DNA from: Fibrobacterales bacterium | GTDB taxonomy: Bacteria > Fibrobacterota > Fibrobacteria > Fibrobacterales > JAOPTW01 | NCBI GenBank assembly: GCA_051532035.1 | Contig: JAOPTW010000008.1 | Coordinates: forward strand, 32,001-96,000 | Length of the DNA: 64,000 nt | Direction: 5' to 3' | In this document: piece by piece, positions 38,304 to 48,023 of the stretch | How positions within the stretch are numbered: the first letter of the stretch is position 1 | How the letters are laid out: every line of letters starts with the position of its first letter | Program-made: the position numbers and the translations under genes | The notes under the pieces: generated by a model | Told to the model about the DNA's origin: nothing | Databases searched by the model: none | Seen by the model: the letters and a program-made list of their open reading frames with translations, nothing else

Positions 38304-40282
38304 TGACTATTTTAAAACTAACTAAAACGGTACTTATCCTTTCCGCATTCACTGCGACGTCTTTATTTGCCAACTCATTTTCTTGCTATGGTGAAGCAGA
38401 AGGTATGCTCCTTGGTGCCGATCTTTCTGATGCAGAAACATTCATAGAAATGCAGCTAGCAAATGAAGAAAACCTAATTGGCCAACAGCACTGTGTTATA
38501 GCAGAATTAATGAAACGCCTCGGAAACTCCGATGCCGAATACCATTACCAAAAAGCAATTGCTATGGACCCTGATGAGCCCGGCTGGGAGCTCTGGTATG
38601 CAAATTATTTGACTCAAGTGAGAGGGTCAATGGTTCCTCTTAGAGAACAAGGTAAGCTACACTACCTTAAGGCTATTGAAAAACTAAATAACAAATATGG
38701 TGGTTCACTAGACAGCCTTTCTGAAGTTGATCAAAACCTCTATAGCTGGATTCAGCGTGGTTATAGTAAAATGTATCAAGAGGATGGTATCGCTATTACC
38801 CCTTGGACTTGGCCTTCAAATCTCCATAAAGCAGAAAGCTCAGACTACTACCTTCCAGAATTGTTTATCACATATACTGGCCGCTATACAAAAGGGCTCA
38901 GTGAATTTGACAAACCTGACTATGCACGGTCTAGAGCAAGTGAAGCAGTTTGGGTAAAAAACGCCCCATTTAGAGATAGTGTTTTAAGCTCTGCCGATCT
39001 TGAAAGAATTGCCACTCATGACGATGGTTCTGATTTTTATAATCAAATGGTTCGCTTACGTCTAAGACACCCAATTCTAACACTTGGTTTGTATACTAGA
39101 TTGATAAGTATTGATGATGGGATGATACCAAGCTCAATGACTTTTAATAGCGGCAATATTAACCATATTGCGAATAATTGGGAAGGTTTTACAAATTTAA
39201 ACGTTCTTGACATTGGAGTTGTAGCAAGTAGAAACTTTAATCTATACCCATTGTTTGATGTTCATTGGGAAGCTGCTTTGCGTGCACAAGAGAGAACAGG
39301 GTTTATTGAGTGGTACCCAAATGAGAAGGATGCATCTTTTCAATTTGATACTAAAATGAAAATATCTCGTTTCATTGGGCCAGACAAAGTTATTCTAGAC
39401 CTCTTTTACATGAATCAAAACATTCAAGATGTTCAATATACATCTAGGGCAATATGGCTACCAGGTGATTCAAGAGATATTATACCAGGAATGGGCCTAG
39501 AAAGAGATCGTTACATGTGGGGTATTAAATTAGATTATGCCCTCTATCGCCCTGTACGTTTCCCATTCCAGAAGAAAGCAATGTACACAAGAGGCTGGCA
39601 TTGGTATGCTGGTATTATGTTTGACTCTGAGAAATGGTGGGGAATTGAATCTGATCTAGTAAAAGAAGAGCTTAGAGTACTAAGGTCTCTTGAAAACAAA
39701 AGTGTTTCGGAACAAAATTTGATTGAAGCTCTAGAAGACGAAGACTTTGAAGACGAATACTCAAAAACTCTTGAAGATATTCACGAAGCAACTTTAGACT
39801 CTTCACGTGCAAAGGTTCAAAATACAGATATATATTTTGGTACTCACTTAAAGGGTATAAGTCACTTTGATTTCCAAATTCAAGGAACATATTTTTACAC
39901 CAAACCTTGGACTGAGACTAAATCAGGTAACATGGCTGATGAAAGCCTGCATTACGCTCAAATATTTGCTCATGTCCTCACTCGCTTCATAGACGAAGAC
40001 GTAGTCCCAGGAATGCCTGGAACACCTGGGTCATTTATTTCACCAGTATTCCTACAGCTCAGTGTACCAGCATCATACGATTTTGCAATCGATGGCCCAA
40101 TCGGTTATGAGAACAAATTTGACACATGGAAAGCGCAAGGTGAGCTTCAAGCTAAACTTATGGTTAACCCAATTGGTACTTATATCATCCTTACAGCTGG
40201 TGGCGGATATCAGCACTATCCAAACCTCGATGTAGGATTCCCAATCTATAGTGGTTCGGTTAATGTAGGATGGAAGTTCTAA
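38303..40282 (+). CDS. Uncharacterised TPR + predicted outer-membrane beta-barrel protein, copy B
   Basis: Close paralog of 33697..35658 (e.g. EPGWELWYANYLTQVRGSMVPLRE identical); ends FPIYSGSVNVGWKF; TAATG overlap. Confidence 0.7.
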   Translation: MTILKLTKTVLILSAFTATSLFANSFSCYGEAEGMLLGADLSDAETFIEMQLANEENLIGQQHCVIAELMKRLGNSDAEYHYQKAIAMDPDEPGWELWYANYLTQVRGSMVPLREQGKLHYLKAIEKLNNKYGGSLDSLSEVDQNLYSWIQRGYSKMYQEDGIAITPWTWPSNLHKAESSDYYLPELFITYTGRYTKGLSEFDKPDYARSRASEAVWVKNAPFRDSVLSSADLERIATHDDGSDFYNQMVRLRLRHPILTLGLYTRLISIDDGMIPSSMTFNSGNINHIANNWEGFTNLNVLDIGVVASRNFNLYPLFDVHWEAALRAQERTGFIEWYPNEKDASFQFDTKMKISRFIGPDKVILDLFYMNQNIQDVQYTSRAIWLPGDSRDIIPGMGLERDRYMWGIKLDYALYRPVRFPFQKKAMYTRGWHWYAGIMFDSEKWWGIESDLVKEELRVLRSLENKSVSEQNLIEALEDEDFEDEYSKTLEDIHEATLDSSRAKVQNTDIYFGTHLKGISHFDFQIQGTYFYTKPWTETKSGNMADESLHYAQIFAHVLTRFIDEDVVPGMPGTPGSFISPVFLQLSVPASYDFAIDGPIGYENKFDTWKAQGELQAKLMVNPIGTYIILTAGGGYQHYPNLDVGFPIYSGSVNVGWKF

Positions 40283-40311
40283 GCTTAGAATCAACAATAT
40301 TGATCGAATTT

Positions 40312-40338
40312 AGGTGCACTTTGTGCACCTTTTTTTTT
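40312..40338 (+). terminator. Rho-independent terminator
   Basis: AGGTGCAC-TTT-GTGCACCT followed by a long T-run. Confidence 0.85.
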
Positions 40339-40510
40339 GACTTTTTTTATATTGAGAATGATCAAAAAAGTCAAACATATTTGTATTTTTAGATCTGAAA
40401 TTTACAGGTTTGAACCTATTACAACTTATCTGGCTTAAAGAGTCTAATTTGGTTCCAATTACGATGAGATTTTTGGTACCTTAAAGAGTAACCACTACAA
40501 GGAGTGAACG

Positions 40511-41002
40511 ATGAATATTTATGAATACGCTATGAAAATGGAGAAAGACGGCGAAGCATATTACAGAGATCTTGCGAGCAAAACAACTAATAAAGGCTTA
40601 ATTACCATCCTTACTTTACTTGCAGATGAAGAAGCAGTTCACTACAAAACTCTTGAGCAAATGAAAGCAGAAGATCCTGATGCTGACATGGCGAATGCTG
40701 CGGTACTTACAAAAGCTAAAAACGTATTCGAGTCAATGAAAGGTGGCGATGCTGATGCTTTTAATATCGGTTCGGCACAAGTTGATATGTACAAGAAGGC
40801 TGCTGAGATCGAAGATGGCGCAGCAACGTTTTACGAAGAGAAAGCTGCTGAAATGGATAATGCAAAATACAAAGAGCTTTTTCTCCAACTTGCAGAAGAA
40901 GAGAAAAAACACGCTCACCTTCTTGAAAATATCGTTGAATTCGTAGCTCGTCCACAACAGTGGGTTGAAGATGCAGAATTCTCAAATATTGAAAATTACT
41001 AA
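40511..41002 (+). CDS. Rubrerythrin/ferritin-like diiron protein
   Basis: AMKMEKDGEAYY..LADEEAVH and AAEIEDGAATFY..LAEEEKKH paired ExxH motifs. Confidence 0.9.
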   Translation: MNIYEYAMKMEKDGEAYYRDLASKTTNKGLITILTLLADEEAVHYKTLEQMKAEDPDADMANAAVLTKAKNVFESMKGGDADAFNIGSAQVDMYKKAAEIEDGAATFYEEKAAEMDNAKYKELFLQLAEEEKKHAHLLENIVEFVARPQQWVEDAEFSNIENY

Positions 41003-41025
41003 GACTCCTTAGTTACCCTATAGTT

Positions 41026-41062
41026 ATAAGAAAAGCCAGCTCATTGAGCTGGCTTTTCTTAT
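41026..41062. terminator. Bidirectional rho-independent terminator
   Basis: ATAAGAAAAGCCAGCTCA-T-TGAGCTGGCTTTTCTTAT. Confidence 0.9.
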
Positions 41063-41083
41063 TTTAAAGCACTTTTACGGCAC

Positions 41084-41635
41084 TTATTTTATTAACGACA
41101 TAAACTCTTCACGAGTATCTTGATTCTCTCTAAAGGCACCTTTAAGCTGACTTGTAAGCATTTTTGAACCAGGCTTCTTAATTCCACGCATGGTCATACA
41201 CATATGCTCACTTTCCAATACTACTGCAACCCCTTGTGGCTCCAGCTTTTCTTGAATAAAATTAGCGATCTCACGAGTCATTCGCTCCTGAATTTGTGGT
41301 TGACGTGCAAAATGCTCTACGACGCGTGCAATCTTAGAAAGCCCCACCACTTTATCTTTTGGAATGTACGCAACATGAGCCACCCCTTTAAAAGGGAGAA
41401 AGTGATGTTCACACATAGACTGAAATTCGATATCTTTTACAAGAATCATCTCATCAAAATCTTCAGCAAAACAGGTTTTCATAAGATCATTAGGGTCTTT
41501 GTGAAGACCCGCAAAAAGCTCCTCGTACATATCTGCAACTCTACGTGGAGTATCAAGTAATCCTTCTCGGTTAGGGTCCTCACCCACACCTTCAAGAATC
41601 ATTTTAAAGCCTGCTTTTATTTTTTCTTTATCCAT
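41084..41635 (-). CDS. folE: GTP cyclohydrolase I
   Basis: [51 protein letters not shown]. Confidence 0.97.
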   Translation of the reverse strand: MDKEKIKAGFKMILEGVGEDPNREGLLDTPRRVADMYEELFAGLHKDPNDLMKTCFAEDFDEMILVKDIEFQSMCEHHFLPFKGVAHVAYIPKDKVVGLSKIARVVEHFARQPQIQERMTREIANFIQEKLEPQGVAVVLESEHMCMTMRGIKKPGSKMLTSQLKGAFRENQDTREEFMSLIK

Positions 41636-41684
41636 CTATTCATACCTTTTAAGCACCCTGAACCAATCACAGTATGCCACAACA

Positions 41685-43019
41685 TTATACTCTTTTTATG
41701 AGCACCTTAGAGTTTCGATCTCTATTATATGCTTCAAATTTCTTTTTAGGGAGTGCATTAACATCGGCACTTTCAAACCCAAATTCATAAAACCAGTCCG
41801 CAGCCTGAGTAGTAAGAATAAAAAGTTCTTTGATCCCTTTCTTTTCTGATTTCTCAATAATAAAGTCGAGCATATCTCTCCCGATCCCTTTGGAACGATA
41901 TGTTTTATCAACAGCAATTGCTGCTACTTCGGCTTTACCCTCTTCCAAAATATGGAGTGCACCAGAACCATGAATACGTCCATCCACTTCATAGACATAA
42001 TAATCATCGATTGAGAGCGCAATACTCTCTTCGCTTCGCTCAACCAAATACCCTTTTTTAACGTAATACTCCATAAGTTTAAGGAGGTCGGGTACATCAC
42101 GAACTGTTGCTTTTCGGATAGCGTAGTATTTATTGCTAAATACCATAGTGCCACCGCCCAAACTCGAGAAAATCTCTTGAAGAATGGCACCTTGACGAAG
42201 CCCCGAGACAAAGTGGACACGATTTACATTGTTATAACAGACAGAAATAGCATGCTCTAAGCACTCTTTGGTCCCAAAACGTATGGAATTTTTGTTTTCG
42301 GCAAGAAGTTTTTTTGCCTGCTCCAAATTCAAGCTCGATGCGACACCCGTCTTACGAACATCAACATCATCAGAAACATTCAATCCTTCTACATGTATTC
42401 CATCTTGATCAGAAATGTAAAAGACTTTAGCGACATCAAGATCTTCACAGAGACGAAGTAACAGTACATTAGAATTAACATTGTAACTTGCGCCCGTACT
42501 ATTCCACCCTAGGGATGATAGTACGGGAATAAACCCATCGTCAATGAGGTTTAAAATTATTTTCGAACTGACTTTTTCAACAACACCGGTATACTGATAA
42601 TCGATACCATCAACCACGCCCATCGAGCGCGCTTTTACCCAGTTCCCCATGAGCCCCTTACCATCATTTGCAGCAAGGTGAGAGATGATATCCTGGATCA
42701 CTTCCATCGCGGCAAGTTTGACCATCGGTAACGCCTCTTCCGTGGTAATACGAATGCCTTCATGCATAGTAGTTTGAATACCATATTGGGTGAGGTGTTT
42801 ATTTATAGTCTCCCGAGTACCTGGAATAATCAAAATTTTAACCCCAACATTGTGCAGCTCAACAATATCTTTCATGAGTATTGGAAAGAGTGTTGTATCT
42901 CTGAGACAGTCATCGAGGTGAATAACAAAAATTTTGTCCTTAAAACGCTTGATATAACTAAACACCTCGCGAATTGCATTCACGGGCTCAAAGCTGGTTT
43001 TTTCGGCAACAGATGACAT
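41685..43019 (-). CDS. argA: Amino-acid N-acetyltransferase (N-acetylglutamate synthase, AAK + GNAT)
   Basis: YIKRFKDKIFVI, GVVDGIDYQYTG, RVHFVS..GAILQEIFS..GGT, C-terminal GNAT with LFILTTQAADWF..RNSKVL. Confidence 0.92.
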   Translation of the reverse strand: MSSVAEKTSFEPVNAIREVFSYIKRFKDKIFVIHLDDCLRDTTLFPILMKDIVELHNVGVKILIIPGTRETINKHLTQYGIQTTMHEGIRITTEEALPMVKLAAMEVIQDIISHLAANDGKGLMGNWVKARSMGVVDGIDYQYTGVVEKVSSKIILNLIDDGFIPVLSSLGWNSTGASYNVNSNVLLLRLCEDLDVAKVFYISDQDGIHVEGLNVSDDVDVRKTGVASSLNLEQAKKLLAENKNSIRFGTKECLEHAISVCYNNVNRVHFVSGLRQGAILQEIFSSLGGGTMVFSNKYYAIRKATVRDVPDLLKLMEYYVKKGYLVERSEESIALSIDDYYVYEVDGRIHGSGALHILEEGKAEVAAIAVDKTYRSKGIGRDMLDFIIEKSEKKGIKELFILTTQAADWFYEFGFESADVNALPKKKFEAYNRDRNSKVLIKRV

Positions 43020-43248
43020 TTTTGCTCAATAAATGGGGTTTAATCAAAATATACCTAAATTTTACCGTTTTTGCCGTGGTTTTACAAGCACCTTTTACTC
43101 GTTCAATCCATTGATCCCCATTACAAGACCATCAACCTCAAGGGATAGCAAATGTGAATGTTAGAGTAAAAGCTTATTCTCTCATAAATCAAGGGCTATA
43201 GAGCGATATCTCCACACTTTAAGAGTGAATAATTTTAAGATTACATGT

Positions 43249-43434
43249 ATGAAAGAGTATAAAGAGCAAATCATCCCCCTCCCCTATGACGGTGATCCAG
43301 ACCTCATTGTAGAGGTCATTGATACTGCAGCTCAAAAGCTGTATAATGAGGGGTGGTATTTTATTGAATCTCGCACCGATGAACTAGTAAACAACATTAC
43401 CCTCTTTTTTGAGAGAGATGTGGAGTTAAAATGA
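43249..43434 (+). CDS. Small hypothetical protein (DUF4177-like pattern)
   Basis: MKEYKEQII...YNEGWYFI...LFFER; stop overlaps the next gene. Confidence 0.55.
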   Translation: MKEYKEQIIPLPYDGDPDLIVEVIDTAAQKLYNEGWYFIESRTDELVNNITLFFERDVELK

Positions 43435-43961
43435 AAGCACCCATGATATTGAGTACCGCTCTCACAATTTTGTTAATGGCCTGTAGTAGTCAATTTACCA
43501 TTACCGATTTTAGCGGTCGCACCGTTACCCTTGATAAGGTTAACATTGGTACATCCAATGAGCTCTTTGGGCTACTGGGTGAAAGTGAAATTACGATCCC
43601 CCTCGATGATATACGCACGCTGAAAATCGATGCTACCTATAAACGTGTCTACAATAGTCGTGTCCTCTATCGAGCAACCGTAACCTTTATGGAAGGTAAG
43701 AAACCGGCAATTACGAGTGATTCTAGTGCTGCCAATCACTCCCTCTATATTGACGTTGGCCACAAAGTAAAAGGAATGACTGAAGTAGGCTCGATAACTC
43801 TTCCCTTAAAATCAGTAAAGGCCATTACTCAAGTCGTTGATACAGAGGAAGCCTCTGAAGCCGCTAAAGCTCCCGATCAAGCCCCCAAAGCAACACCCCC
43901 AGCTGATGGCGGGGTTGCCAATGAAAAACCTACAAAAGAAACGCCACAAGAAAAACCATAG
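43431..43961 (+). CDS. Hypothetical lipoprotein
   Basis: LMAC lipobox; Pro/Ala/Lys-rich tail. Confidence 0.65.
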   Translation: MKAPMILSTALTILLMACSSQFTITDFSGRTVTLDKVNIGTSNELFGLLGESEITIPLDDIRTLKIDATYKRVYNSRVLYRATVTFMEGKKPAITSDSSAANHSLYIDVGHKVKGMTEVGSITLPLKSVKAITQVVDTEEASEAAKAPDQAPKATPPADGGVANEKPTKETPQEKP

Positions 43962-43969
43962 GGACCACT

Positions 43970-45517
43970 ATGATCACCCATAAAGTGGTATTACATTCTG
44001 TTGCACCTGAAAGTGATCTTAAAAGAATCATTCTATACATCAGTGCCTTAAAAGGCTCTACAACCAATCAAACTATTGACTGGATTAAAAACCTTCCCCA
44101 TCCCATCTTTACCCACTGTTCAACCGACAAAGCTCGAGAAGTTACTGATCAACTTACAGAGATGGGAGGGATCGTTGTCTGTACACCTCCACTCAAACCC
44201 AAAAAAGAGCCACCAGCAGTTCAACCCGAAACTATCAAAATCAGTGCATCAAAGAAAGAACTTAAAGGAACCTGGCATATCTCCTTTGGTATTATCTTCC
44301 TTTTAACCATTGTAGGTCTTGCCGTTCTTGTTCCCACAATTTACTGGGCCTATACCAGTTCACGTTCTGCCGATGAAAAAAGTTTTAAGGCCGCCCAAAA
44401 AGGCACCCAATTAATTGGTACAAAACAGTTTGATAAAGCAAGTGCTGTCCTGAGAAAGAGTATCAAAGAAAACCCCTATAACACAGCGCCCTACATAGCA
44501 GAAGCGATGAATCTTATGTCGAAGGCACGAGCCAAAATGGACTCAACCAACTGGAGTGGCTATGGGGTTCGGGATAAAAATTCTCGTGAAAAGGGGGGCT
44601 ATGGCAACCTTCCACGAACGGGACAAGACAGAATGCCCATTGCAGAGGCCACACAGGCCATTCAGATTTTAAAGACCGCCCAAAAACTTGAGTCAGGGAA
44701 CCCTGAAATATACCGCTGGCTCGGTTATATTTATCAGCAGAAGGGGCTTTACAATAATGCTGAAATCTATATGAAAAAAGCAGACTCTATAGTGCCAACG
44801 AGCGTTCTCTACAAAAACCTTCTTGGCAATTTATATATCGAAACCGAACATTACTCTAAGGCTGATTATATTTTTAGAGAAGCCCTTGCTCTCGACTCCA
44901 ACAACATACACACCCTAAAAAATCTTGGCTTTCTTAATCAGTTCTACCTAAACGACACCAATCTTGCCTGGCGCTACTATTACAAATACATACAGAAAGA
45001 CCCTCAAAAACAGAATGACTTTGATGTCAACATTATCAAAAAAGAACTGATGCAAATTGTATGGAACCGCTACAACACTCCATTCTTTAGAAGAGGAATC
45101 AGTGAACCTTTTAGGCAATACGAATCAAAAAGACGATCACTCCAAAAAAAACTTGAGAAAAGTAGGAGCGCAGAAACAACCGAACAACTTGCCCTGCTCT
45201 TTGCAAAAAATGGAAAATACTCTGAAGCTAAAAACTATTTTCAAAAAGCCCTCATACTCGACAATAATCGTACGACAGCACTTATCTATCTCACACTGCT
45301 TCATGCTGCAGAAGGTGAGCTCCCGATTGCTCAAATGATGCTCAACAAAGCAAAAGACCGAGGAAGTAACGATCCCTTTGTGTACAAAAACCTTGCACTC
45401 TTCGACAAGTTTTACAATAACAATCCGTACAATGCCAAAGAGAATTTTGACAAATATATACGTTTTGGGGCTGACTCCTATAAGCACCATCTACAAAAAG
45501 AGTTCGAAGATAATTAG
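43970..45517 (+). CDS. Membrane-anchored TPR protein with N-terminal L7/L12-C-terminal-like domain
   Basis: HKVVL...IKNLP..I...AREVTDQLTEMGGIV; one TM segment; several TPRs (YRWLGYIYQQKG, LLGNLYIE, AKNYFQKALILD). Confidence 0.7.
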   Translation: MITHKVVLHSVAPESDLKRIILYISALKGSTTNQTIDWIKNLPHPIFTHCSTDKAREVTDQLTEMGGIVVCTPPLKPKKEPPAVQPETIKISASKKELKGTWHISFGIIFLLTIVGLAVLVPTIYWAYTSSRSADEKSFKAAQKGTQLIGTKQFDKASAVLRKSIKENPYNTAPYIAEAMNLMSKARAKMDSTNWSGYGVRDKNSREKGGYGNLPRTGQDRMPIAEATQAIQILKTAQKLESGNPEIYRWLGYIYQQKGLYNNAEIYMKKADSIVPTSVLYKNLLGNLYIETEHYSKADYIFREALALDSNNIHTLKNLGFLNQFYLNDTNLAWRYYYKYIQKDPQKQNDFDVNIIKKELMQIVWNRYNTPFFRRGISEPFRQYESKRRSLQKKLEKSRSAETTEQLALLFAKNGKYSEAKNYFQKALILDNNRTTALIYLTLLHAAEGELPIAQMMLNKAKDRGSNDPFVYKNLALFDKFYNNNPYNAKENFDKYIRFGADSYKHHLQKEFEDN

Positions 45518-45533
45518 GATTACCCAGGGGAGA

Positions 45534-46865
45534 TCACTCACCCACGAGCGCTCTTTGCAAATGGTAGACAAAAGCCCCCCGAGAAATATCCAAAAGTCGT
45601 GCCGCCTGTGATTTATTACCTCTACACTTCTCAAGTGCATCCACTATTTGCCCACTGGTGATGCCACTCTTTTCATGCTTTTTTCTTTTAGTATTGAGGA
45701 CCACTGATTCAACAGATTGAGAGAATTCGGATGGCGTTGCCTCCCCCTGCTCTAGGCTTTGAAGCCCTAGCCGGCCCGTTACTAAAAACCGTTCAATAAC
45801 GTTTCGAAGTTCACGAATATTTCCAGGCCAACTATAACGGGCCAATGCATCTCGTTCTCTTCTGTGGAATACTTTTTCTATCACGCCCAGCTTTTCAGCA
45901 GATTGCTTAAGAAGTATTGCCGTGAGTATGGGTAGATCAACAGTTCGATTTCTGAGAGCAGGAAGCGTCACTTCAAAAACATTAATACGATAGTAGAGAT
46001 CTTCTCTAAAGCGGCCTGCCTTTACTTCATGCAGTAAGTTTTTATGGGTGGCTGCAATAAGACGAAAATCAACATTCTGTTCCTCATAATCACCCACTGC
46101 TACAATGGTTCTTTCTTGCAAAGTTCTCAAGAGTACACTCTGCGCTGCCAGAGGAAGCTCTGCAATCTCATCGAGAAACAGAGTCCCTCCCTCTGACATC
46201 TTTATCTTACCAGGGGTGTCGCGATCAGCACCGGTAAAGGCCCCTCGTTTCACACCAAAGAGTTCACTGGCTATAAGATTGGGTGCAATTGCCCCACAAT
46301 TTATGGCAACAAAATTAGCCTCTCTCCGAGGAGAATTATTATGCACTGCCCGAGCGACAACTTCTTTGCCTGTCCCCGTCTCACCATGAATAAAGAGGGT
46401 TGCACTACTTTGCGCTACGGGTGTAAGTAACGATATTACTTCTTGCATGGGTGATGACCCTGCACAACAAATTTCTGAAAACCCCTGAGTAGAAGAGCGA
46501 GATTTATCTTGAATATAGTGTTCAAGATACTGGAGTACTGTCTCAATTGAAACAGGCTTTTCAAGAAAATCTAGTGCACCTTTCCTGACAGCTTCAACAG
46601 CAAGAGGTATTGACCCTTGACCCGATACCACAAGGATAGGCACGCCTACACCAAGATCTTTGAGCGCCTCAATCAGCTCAATCCCCGAAAGACCGGGGAG
46701 CATTAAATCACTGATGATAGCCTGAGTTCCCACATACCCCTTTCGTTCGAGAAATACTTCGACACTCTCATACGCGTCAACAATATAGTTTCGTCCCTCT
46801 AATTCACACTGGAGCATATCTCTTAAGCGAGCGTCATCTTCTATAATACTCATATTATAAGGCAT
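45534..46865 (-). CDS. Sigma-54-dependent response regulator (NtrC family)
   Basis: REC (IIEDD, SDLMLPG, FLEKP), GETGTGKE, GAFTGA, LFLDEI, WPGNIRELRN, C-terminal HTH (GNKSQAARLL); ATG at 46865 with GAGGTG RBS. Confidence 0.93.
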   Translation of the reverse strand: MPYNMSIIEDDARLRDMLQCELEGRNYIVDAYESVEVFLERKGYVGTQAIISDLMLPGLSGIELIEALKDLGVGVPILVVSGQGSIPLAVEAVRKGALDFLEKPVSIETVLQYLEHYIQDKSRSSTQGFSEICCAGSSPMQEVISLLTPVAQSSATLFIHGETGTGKEVVARAVHNNSPRREANFVAINCGAIAPNLIASELFGVKRGAFTGADRDTPGKIKMSEGGTLFLDEIAELPLAAQSVLLRTLQERTIVAVGDYEEQNVDFRLIAATHKNLLHEVKAGRFREDLYYRINVFEVTLPALRNRTVDLPILTAILLKQSAEKLGVIEKVFHRRERDALARYSWPGNIRELRNVIERFLVTGRLGLQSLEQGEATPSEFSQSVESVVLNTKRKKHEKSGITSGQIVDALEKCRGNKSQAARLLDISRGAFVYHLQRALVGE

Positions 46866-47961
46866 GGGGCACCTCAAACAGAAAGGTCGTGTGTTCTTTA
46901 GTTGAACTAAAGAGAGAGAGGTCACCACCCATAGCTCTCATGCGTTTACGCGCCCCATAGAGCCCTAAGCCAGTCCCCTCATTTTTAGTAGTAAAATAGG
47001 GTACAAACAATTTGTCCTGATGTTTTGTAGGGATTAGAGGTCCATTATTGTGAACGAGTATATGCACCCTTCCATCGCCTTGCTCCACCGAAAGTGTTAT
47101 GTCCCCACTCTCCCCAATTGCAGCCAACGCATTATCAAGTACCACAATCATACTTTGAACCAAACGCACTCTATCGCACTCTATGACAAATGGGGCGTTC
47201 TCAAAATAAATGGTATCATACTGGGGATTTCCTCCGTAATACCATTTGAGTTCTTGAAACAACTCATCCACACTCCATGGATTGATGAGTGATTCAATAG
47301 ATTGAGAGTGACTGAGAAAGTCTGATACCATCTGCTGGGTATGTCGTACAATTGAATGAACCCCTGTTCCTGCCCTCCTACCTTTTGTAAAGGCGAGTTG
47401 CTGCAATGGACTTCTCAACTCGTGCACAAAAAGGTCGGTCAACTGTTGCCGTTCTTTGCCCTCTTCAATGTGCTGACGCTGTTCAGCATTATAAAGCACC
47501 TGTAATTGTTCTGATACTCTTCTAAAAAACCGGAGTACTTTAATTGAACGCTTAGCCCCACCCAATAACTCCGTGAGCTGAGCCCCATGAAGAAGCCAAT
47601 GATAGGCCCCATTATCGAATGCAACAGGAATCCCCGCACTCACACGTTCTGAGATACCTTCGAGACTCTCAGAAAAAACCTGCCATCTCTTAAGAGAAAA
47701 ACCAGAAAATGGCACTGTGGCATAGGGTCGTAAAAATTTAATGAGCTGGGGAGAGAAATCGAGGGGTACCATTCCATTTTTTGAAATGCTCATCTGTTTG
47801 GTATGTATGTCAATAATAAGGGTACACTCGATGCCCCATTCACTGAGGGTTCTACTTATTGAGTGGACCAATTCGAGCGAGCGAGCATTAAAACATGTTG
47901 CTTCTCGCTTCTCTTTGAGGATTGACTGTAATAAAACTATAGGCCGTTTTTGAGTAACCAT
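46855..47961 (-). CDS. Sensor histidine kinase (apparently cytoplasmic)
   Basis: FVHELRSPL H-box, LDNA N-box, NNGP G1, LFVPYFTTK F-box, GTGLGL G2. Confidence 0.88.
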   Translation of the reverse strand: MVTQKRPIVLLQSILKEKREATCFNARSLELVHSISRTLSEWGIECTLIIDIHTKQMSISKNGMVPLDFSPQLIKFLRPYATVPFSGFSLKRWQVFSESLEGISERVSAGIPVAFDNGAYHWLLHGAQLTELLGGAKRSIKVLRFFRRVSEQLQVLYNAEQRQHIEEGKERQQLTDLFVHELRSPLQQLAFTKGRRAGTGVHSIVRHTQQMVSDFLSHSQSIESLINPWSVDELFQELKWYYGGNPQYDTIYFENAPFVIECDRVRLVQSMIVVLDNALAAIGESGDITLSVEQGDGRVHILVHNNGPLIPTKHQDKLFVPYFTTKNEGTGLGLYGARKRMRAMGGDLSLFSSTKEHTTFLFEVPHAL

Positions 47962-48023
47962 TTCTCTTCTCCAGAAACTTGTTACTCATTAGACGACTAG
48001 ATTACTAAAATTGTTACTTAATT

